Source of the DNA: Octopus sinensis
Taxonomy: Eukaryota
NCBI RefSeq assembly: GCF_006345805.1
Contig: NC_043009.1
Span: 51,274,001 to 51,338,000, forward strand
DNA: 64,000 nucleotides
Reading direction: 5' to 3'
The notes beneath the pieces are model-generated. The model did no database searches, was not told the origin of the DNA, and saw only the letters and a program-made list of their open reading frames with translations. The stretch's first letter is position 1. The number at the start of each line of letters is the position of its first letter. Position numbers and translations under genes: made by a program. This document shows positions 55,450 through 64,000 of the stretch, piece after piece.

Positions 55450-56491
55450 ATTTATATATGTACCTATATATCAGATTTGAATCTTTTTTCATCTCTGATC
55501 ATAATATCTCCATTTCTTGTTTCAGATAGTAATTATCCATATTCATTGTTTCAGATATGATGACTTTCTTTTCCTTGTGCCAAATTTCGAAACTAACATA
55601 GAATAAGAGAGTAATGCGAAGGTTTCTTACAAAGTACAAATGTTTTTTTTTTGTTTTTTTTTTTTTTAAATACTTTGAAGAATTACATGAGATTCATTCG
55701 AAAAGCTAGGCTGAATATCTTGTTTGTCATTTTAGTAGAACTCCACATATTGTGTAGCTGGTAATCATTTTACTTATAGCAGCGTTGGCAATGCTACTGT
55801 TGCTACGCACACATTTCCAAACATCAAAGACATCTTAAAAAAAAAGGTCATTCACCTTTGTGCTGAAGATTTATTCAGTAATACATCTTCATCGATTAAT
55901 CACATTTTGGTTTTTTTTTATTTAAATCTCGTATTAAAAAAAAACAACCTTCTAATAGTACTTCTTTACTTGTAACCTAACCAGATTATCTGTTTACCCA
56001 GATACGTTAGATACGTTTAGCAAAGCTGTTCATTCACCTGTCTTCTTTCGACCACATTTCCCGCTCTCCTGCAACACTAGGTCTCGAATAAAACTGACTC
56101 TGGTATCTGCCGTATTTAATTCCACAATGGCTGTAAAACATCTAATTCTATTTTAACTAAATCATATTAAACAAAATGGGCGTACATTGTTTTACTTTGG
56201 AGAGGTCACTTGATGATGATGGCGCATTCTGAAATCATCCACAAAATATTATATTCCTTGGGACTTTTCAACCAATTTTCATGTAGTCGGTTTATTAAAA
56301 GACAGCCCTAATGGAACTTACTTATATTCATAAGCATTTTATGCCTTGACCAACACATTATATTTCCACGAATATTAAACCTGTGTCATTCTTAATGTAG
56401 ACAGTAATTTGAGACACTTCGATGTGTTGGTTGCTTTTTATAGTTGATCTGACACTACGTAGAGGTTTTCTCTCATTCACAGGTATGGAAA

Positions 56492-57759
56492 CTATTGAGT
56501 CATCCCATAAATAATGCGGTTTTTCCATTTGTATGAGCTACAAGTCGAAGAGGGATTAACTACCTTCATAAACTTACTATAAAAGTACGTGGTAATTCTA
56601 TCTTGTCCATATTCTTTGTGCAAGTTTTGAAGAGTGCATTTCCATTAACAGCTATATTTTAAAGCTATAATGGACGTGACGAAGGGGCGTATTCGGCATA
56701 TTTTGTTTTATGAGTTGAATAAAGGTAACAATGCAACGGAAAGTGCGAGGAATATTAATGCGGTATATGGGGATCGAACAATAAGCATAAGCCAGTGTCT
56801 ACAGTGTTTCTAGAAATTCCGAGCCGGAAACTACAGTCTAGAAGACGAGTCTCATCCTGGAAGATCTGTAGAGCTCGACGAGGAAATCCTGCAAACTCTA
56901 GTGAAACAAAATCCGATCGTAACTGTTGAGGAACTACCAGAAAATATTGGATTTGGTCATTCAACCATTCATCGACACCTGCGTGCCATCGGAAAAGTCA
57001 CATTGGGTCAATGTGTTCCTCGAAAACTTTCCGAGTCTAATCGCTGGCAGAGAGTGAAATGTCTGCTCTTCTTTGCCGTCTCGTCTCACGAATGAACCTT
57101 TTTTGGATGGAATAGTGACCTGTGAAGAGAAATAGATTCTCTATAAAAATGTCAAGCGCCGAAAAGTGAGCAGTCAAAGGAGAAACACCGGCACCCCAGA
57201 CTAAAGAACTTCCTTACTCACGTAAGGTGTTGTTATCTGTTTCGTGGTATAAAAAAGATTTAGTCCATTTTGAAATTTTAAACCCCAACCAAACGATAGC
57301 AAACATTTACTGCGAGCAGCTTGAGCGGCTTAAGTCAGCGCTAGAAGAAAAATAACCATCTTTTGTTTCAAGACGAAAGGTGTTCTTCCATCAGGATAAT
57401 GCTCGGCCACATACAGCGAGGATGACATTCCAAAGGCTGGAGCAGTTTGAATAGGAAACGATGCCCCACCCACCATATTCACCGGACATTGCCTCATCTG
57501 ATTTATCTCGTAGTCTTCAAAATGATTTGGACGGAAAGAATATGAATTCTGTAGACGAGGTCAGAAGAGTATAGGAGAAGTATTTTTCGTCACAGACAAG
57601 TGAATTTTGGAAGAGGGGGTCTTGCAAGTCTATTAGATAAATGGAAGAGCATTGTAGAGAATGAAGGAGAATATATATTAGATTAAAAAATAACTGTTTA
57701 TCTTAATTTTGAAAAATATAAGTATACAAAACCGCTTTATTTATGGGATAACTCAACAT
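56492..57759 (+). mobile_element. Full-length mariner transposon with pseudogenised transposase
   Basis: TIRs ttgagtcatcccataaataatgcggtttt / aaaaccgctttatttatgggataactcaa; QCVPRKL (WVPxxL-like), IVTCEEK, HQDNARPH, HPPYSPDIA motifs with stops. Confidence 0.93.
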
Positions 57760-57919
57760 ATGTATCTTGCACTTAATGAAATTTCCAAAGTATGTTTTTA
57801 TAGTGTTTTACTAAAGCATGAACAGTTGATGTAACACGATGAACAAAAGAAGAAAACAAGCGACAACATCTATCTTGTGAAGAAATAATCAATTTCTGAT
57901 TATTACTTAGCTTCAGATA

Positions 57920-58140
57920 AGGCGGATCGCTGGCAGAATCGTTAGCACGAGGGCAAAATGCCCGATAAAGTTGGCTTAGCGGCATTTCGTTCATCTTCAC
58001 CTTCTGAGTTCAAATTTCTCCTAGGTCGAATTTGCTTTTCCTCCATTCGGAGTCAATAAATTAAGTACAAGTTGACTGGGGTCGAGGTATTCGACTTATC
58101 CCCTCCCCCAAATTTCAGGTCTTGTGCTTTTAATAGAAAG
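57920..58140 (+). mobile_element. SINE family B, diverged
   Basis: Homologous head and central domain. Confidence 0.75.
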
Positions 58141-58624
58141 GTTTATTTAGCTTGATCTACTACATTTTCTAATGTGCAGCTCCGATTTTATTTTAAAGGC
58201 ATAGTATGAGCTGGAGTATTATGGTGTGATTAGCGTGATTTTGTCGTGACTAGTTTTCTTACAATCAGAGTTTTGCTGTATTACATGTCGCTGTGAAAAA
58301 TTACCTCAGTGCACATAGGTATGATAGCCTCTTCATAGATACTCAACACTATTTTTGCCATGAGCCTAATCTTGTCATTGACCTTCATCCATCAAGCCTG
58401 ATCAGAACATCAGTCAAACATTAATTCGACAATTCAAAGAATTAGATACTGAAATGATAATTTTTTCATCCAGTGAATCGAGGCGCGTGGCTTAGTGGTT
58501 ATGATAACGGTGCTCGTTATCATACGATTGAGGTTTCTTATCCTCAGCTGGCGAATGCGATGTGTTTTTGAGCGAAACTCTTAATTTCACGTTGCTGTAG
58601 TCCACTGAGCTATCAAAAATGTGT

Positions 58625-59080
58625 AATAACGACCTAAACATTAGCTTCAAGGTTCATCCAAGACTTGGACCACGGGCTATACGTCCCCTGCCAAATTCAA
58701 GATCACAACATACATGTACATTGCAACATAATTTCTTTTCCTCAACAGGCCCTGCCCTATTTAACATTGTCCCGAGGGAGATCAAAGAGGAAAAGGATCC
58801 CATCAACTTTAAACAAAGTCTGGATAGATTCCTTCAAAGAATACCAGATAAGCCACCCATAATTGGATACAACTCACCCAACAAGAACTCACTACTTGAA
58901 CAAAACTGGATACAACTCACCCAACAAGAACTCACTACTTGAACAAAACTTGACTTAAACAAAACTTGACTTAAACAGGATTCGAATAATCCTATCAGGT
59001 GGTGCTATTAAGTTAGACATGGCCTGGACCAATCTTTGGTCGAAACATATCTAAGTTTATCTAAGTCTAAGTTTATCTAA
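58625..59080 (+). mobile_element. CR1-group LINE 3' end with tandem tail
   Basis: GPALFNIVPREIK...FKQSLDRFLQRIPD; 43-bp direct duplication 58864-58949; tail (TCTAAGTTTA)-like. Confidence 0.75.
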
Positions 59081-59972
59081 TATGGTGAAACTGCAAAAGG
59101 CCTGACAGGCCACTACCAAGCGATGATGGTTGACATGCAAAAACCAAAAAAAAAAGAAAAAGAAAAGCTAAAAAAACAGCAGAATACTTCTGGACGGATA
59201 GGCCACAGCTCGACTTTGATGTTGGGTATTACTTTTACCTAGCCAGCCAATCAATCAGTTTACTCAGTAAGATGGTCGATCATTCAATTGATAAAGCAGT
59301 CACACAAACAAGCAGTCAAATAATCAAGTAGTCACTTCATGAAGCAGCCAATGATCCTGTTGCCCATCAACCGTTTAATCAATTTCGTCAGTCAATCAAT
59401 CAATCCAGTATTCAATATGGGTGTGATTAATTCAGTCAATCAATCAGCAATATTATCGATCAGTCTGTAAGTTAATAATTTAGAGTAACATTTATTCGGT
59501 TAGTGTTCTGCATAAACTGATAATGTCCTAAAATACCCATCGCTTATGAATTAATAATATGCCATGTCGTAATGAGGAAAATCTGGAAGAAGACAACAAA
59601 ATGTAACCAAGAATAGTACAACTGCTCCTCTAAAAGCAAAAATAATGTTAGAATTAGCAAAAATAATAACGACCATTACCGCAAGCGCGATATGGGAGTA
59701 GGGGAAATAGTATAAAGACAAAACGTATATCATTTGAAATAGAATTATATTGTATTTCTTGTTTTTTATAATGCAATGGAATGGGAGAGAAAAAAAACGA
59801 AACTACAAGTCATGACGGAAAAAGACATAGATAGCACCATAACAAATGATCCATCCTAATTTATCATAAGTGAAAGAATTTAGCGAAAAGGAAGATGGTA
59901 CAGCAAATATGTAAGTGCCTTATGCGAGTAAGTGTATACGTATATATGTGTGTGCCTATATATATACATATA

Positions 59973-60061
<89 letters not shown>

Positions 60062-60269
60062 CAGATATATATACACATATATATGTATACATGTATATAT
60101 TTATAAACATACATATAGGTATAGGTATATGCATGTGTGTGTATATATATATATATATATATAATATATATATATATATACGACAAAAATTATATATCCA
60201 TGTATCTATTTACATATATAGATGTATAAAATATATGTATATATATATATATATATAAGTATATATATG

Positions 60270-60301
<32 letters not shown>

Positions 60302-61114
60302 GTGTGTGTGTGTACATATATTTAAACTCATATATATAAATATATATATATATATGTATATATATATAACATTTTAGCTTATATATATAAAGGGAGAGTT
60401 TACGGGAGGTGCAAAAGAAGAGATTCGTGGCGCATATATCATTACTAGTATATTATTGAAGGAGCAATTATGAGAAATAGAATGAAATGACAAGATATTT
60501 GGGAGATGTAGGGTGATAGGGTTGTTGTTTTTCTTGTTTACTATGATTATAGAAGATATGGAGGGTGATGGTGGTGGCATTATAAGTTATGGCCGTGGTT
60601 GGGACAGTGATACTGGAAGTAGGAGGAACGAGATGTAATTAGATTCATACTTCTACGTTGTATATATGTATATATACTATGTATATATGTATGTATATAT
60701 TTATGTATATACGTACATATCTATATACGTATATACATAAATGTGTATATGTATATATTTATATATATATATGTGTGTGTATATATATATATAAATATAT
60801 GTATATACACCCACACATATGTATGTATGTATGTATGTATGTATATATGTATGTATGTATGTATGTGAGTATGCAGTTTCATTTTTATTGGCAACTTGAT
60901 AGCATCTCTTATTAGCGATCCATTGACCTGCCGACTAAGCAATCCATTATAATATATGGTGCAATAATGTGTGTGGTGTGATGTGTGGGGAGGTATTGCA
61001 GACATGTAAAACAGACAATCATAGCAATAAATGTATAATTAAGACGGTGAATCAGAAAACTAACCAAATCACCGAAGCTACTCACAATATATACATATAC
61101 ACACACACACACAC

Positions 61115-61207
<93 letters not shown>

Positions 61208-61518
61208 ATATATATGCATGCACAGGCATTTACAAACGCATACAATAGTGTGTAGATAAGTGGTCTGATGACCGTTATAAACATGAAAATGAAAATTGGA
61301 TAGGGCTAATAAAAATTTATTGTCAGTGTAGAATTGTGTAGATAATTCATATTATGCGTGTATACTCATATTATTTACTGTTGTTTAAAGTGATACACCA
61401 ACATATATAAGTATATCTATATCGTTCACAGGCCTCTCTTTCTCGCTCACACACATATATATGTGCATATATGAATTTGTGTGCCTGTATGTTATATATA
61501 TAATATATATATTATATA

Positions 61519-61594
<76 letters not shown>

Positions 61595-61630
61595 TGGATA
61601 GAATGTTATATACATGTGGATATATGTTAG

Positions 61631-62230
61631 TATACGAGGTTTGATCGAATAAGTATCCAGACTGTTGCCGTAGTAGCGAAGCTAAAGCATGCAGAGTAAA
61701 GCCGCTTGGCACAGATTGACCTTGAACTCCGCCGTGCATGAGCTCTAAGTTTTAACGTTCTAGGTCACTTCCGCTGTGTCCAGCAGTGCTTCAAAGAAGG
61801 TGTGTAGAGTGTAATCGTTTATATTGACCATGGCAGCGAAAGTTATCGTGGTGCTACCTGCTCAGAGGCCCACGCAAGGTTGCAGAAAGTGTATGGAGAG
61901 GAGTGTATGAACTGCACTCACGTCTACGAGTGCTTCAGATGTTTCCAAGATGGCTGAAAAAGTGTCGATATTGATGAACGTTATGGGAGACCCGCAACCG
62001 GAAGAACAGATAAAATCATCACAGATGCGTGTGCAACTCTTAGGGGTATTCGTCGAATTACCATCCGTGTGTTATCAGAAGATATACAGATTAGTTACGG
62101 TTCAGTTCAATTCATTATCACTGAAGATTTGGGTATGAGACGCGTGTCTGCTAAGTTTGTGCCAAAATTGATTTCAGCTGACGAAGAAAACACTCGGGTT
62201 GCACAAAATCTCATTGTTTGTGTTGTGAAC
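61631..62230 (+). mobile_element. Decayed mariner 5' half
   Basis: TACGAGG-type start; VYGEECM, ITIRVLSED, LGMRRVSAKFVPKL fragments. Confidence 0.75.
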
Positions 62231-62807
62231 GTCAAATAAAGCAAAACATATAATTCTTTCCAAAATTGGCACAAGTCCAGTAATGTTCAGGGAAGAGAAA
62301 ATCCATTACATTGACCCAAGTACTAGGTAGGTAGACTATTTTATCTGCCATGAAACGATGAAAGGCAAAGTAATCGCAGCAGGATTTGAGCCCTACCAAG
62401 ACATATAATGGCAAATGAGGAAATACAATTAACACGTGAAAGAATTATTTATAATAATAACCGGTAAACATTTTGAATACACAAACGGGTCATTGTCTTC
62501 ATATGAGGGATCACCGAAAAGTTCTTGGCTTCAAGGGTATCGCAAAAGGCCTGATTCGAGGCCGAAACTTCCGCTTGAGAGAGAGAGGGGGGGAGAGAAA
62601 GTGAACGGTGAAGAGGGAGGAAAAGAAATGGAGAAAGGGTGAGATAAGACACACTTTTGCCTATCTCCTGCCAAAACTCGTTTCTCCAGTGTTCACCACT
62701 TCAACTCGTTAAGGCTTAGCAGTCTTTACCGTTTGTTTTTTAGTTTTGTCCTTACTGTCCTGTTTTTGTTTGTTTCATTTTGTTCACGGTTTTTTGACGT
62801 CCTGTAC

Positions 62808-62870
<63 letters not shown>

Positions 62871-62964
62871 CGGTATGTACATATATGAATCTATATATTC
62901 ATATATATATATTATTTATATTATTATAAGATCGAACGCCATGCATCCATTTCCGAGGTAAGTT

Positions 62965-63028
<64 letters not shown>

Positions 63029-63506
63029 ATATATATATATATAAGGGAGAAAGAGAGAGAGAGAGACCGTTGTTCTTCTTTATAAAATTTGGATGGATGT
63101 GATTTGAATTTTATATTATTGCTATATCTAGCAGACACAGATGTTCCCTAGATACTGACTTCTAAGATATCAATCTACTACGTTGTCACCCCGTCAACAA
63201 TTGGGATTTGTGCTTAATGTTTATGACAATATGTTAAAACTGTAAACTACTCAATTAGAGATAAGTTAGAAAACAACAACACCATAACTAGAAAAAAAGT
63301 ATTCCAGCCAGCACACACTTGTAAACGTAACACTTGTAGTATACGCACACACGTATATTAGTAAACTATTGCTACTATTATTGTTGTTGTTGTTGTTATG
63401 ATTATTTTTGTTATTAACACTGTTATTATTTCTATCATAGCTGCGTCGAGTGAAGAGAAAAAATGTGATGAGGCGTGAAAGAGTGAACAGAACAATTACA
63501 ATAAAT

Positions 63507-63554
<48 letters not shown>

Positions 63555-63565
63555 ACACACACACA

Positions 63566-63597
<32 letters not shown>

Positions 63598-63781
63598 ACA
63601 CACACACACATATATATATATGTATGTATGTATGTTTGTGTATATATATGTATATATGTATGTCTATATATGTATATATATATGTATATATATATGTATA
63701 TATATATATGTATATAGACATATATATATATATATATGCACTTACATATATATAATATATATACATACACATTTTTCGATA

Positions 63782-63823
<42 letters not shown>

Positions 63824-64000
63824 ATTCTACGTATACACGTATACACACACTCACTCATACACATACACACATATAAACACGAAAGAAAAAAACGAGAAAA
63901 GAAAGTTAGGAATCTTGTTTTGTTGTTATCTAGGTTAGTTGGTGCTGCTACTGCTGCTTCTAATGTTGTTGTTGATTGTGGTTGTCATGATAATGTTTGA

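Overview
AT-rich eukaryotic genomic DNA, very rich in microsatellites ((TA)n, (CA)n, (ATGT)n, (AAT)n, (TTC)n), with one 100-N gap. The SINE families and overall texture suggest an octopus/cephalopod genome (inference). I find no convincing host protein-coding exon; nearly all listed ORFs are microsatellite translations. The window is a transposon graveyard: three tRNA-derived SINE families, RTE and CR1-type LINE fragments, several decayed Tc1/mariner elements, and one largely intact Penelope-like (RT + GIY-YIG) ORF. Two things stand out. (1) A ~3 kb GC-rich composite satellite (28544-31583) made of alternating blocks of a 22-mer, a 10-mer and a 9-mer whose cores match the TCF/LEF, Grainyhead and tandem TEAD consensus sites, resembling a natural multimerised signalling reporter. 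(2) A set of short, mutually unrelated elements inserted in (TA)n tracts that carry type I hammerhead-ribozyme folds and fold-back palindromes with junctions at the ribozyme, plus an HDV-like fold at the head of an RTE-derived element. All structures were assigned by eye and need computational and biochemical confirmation.
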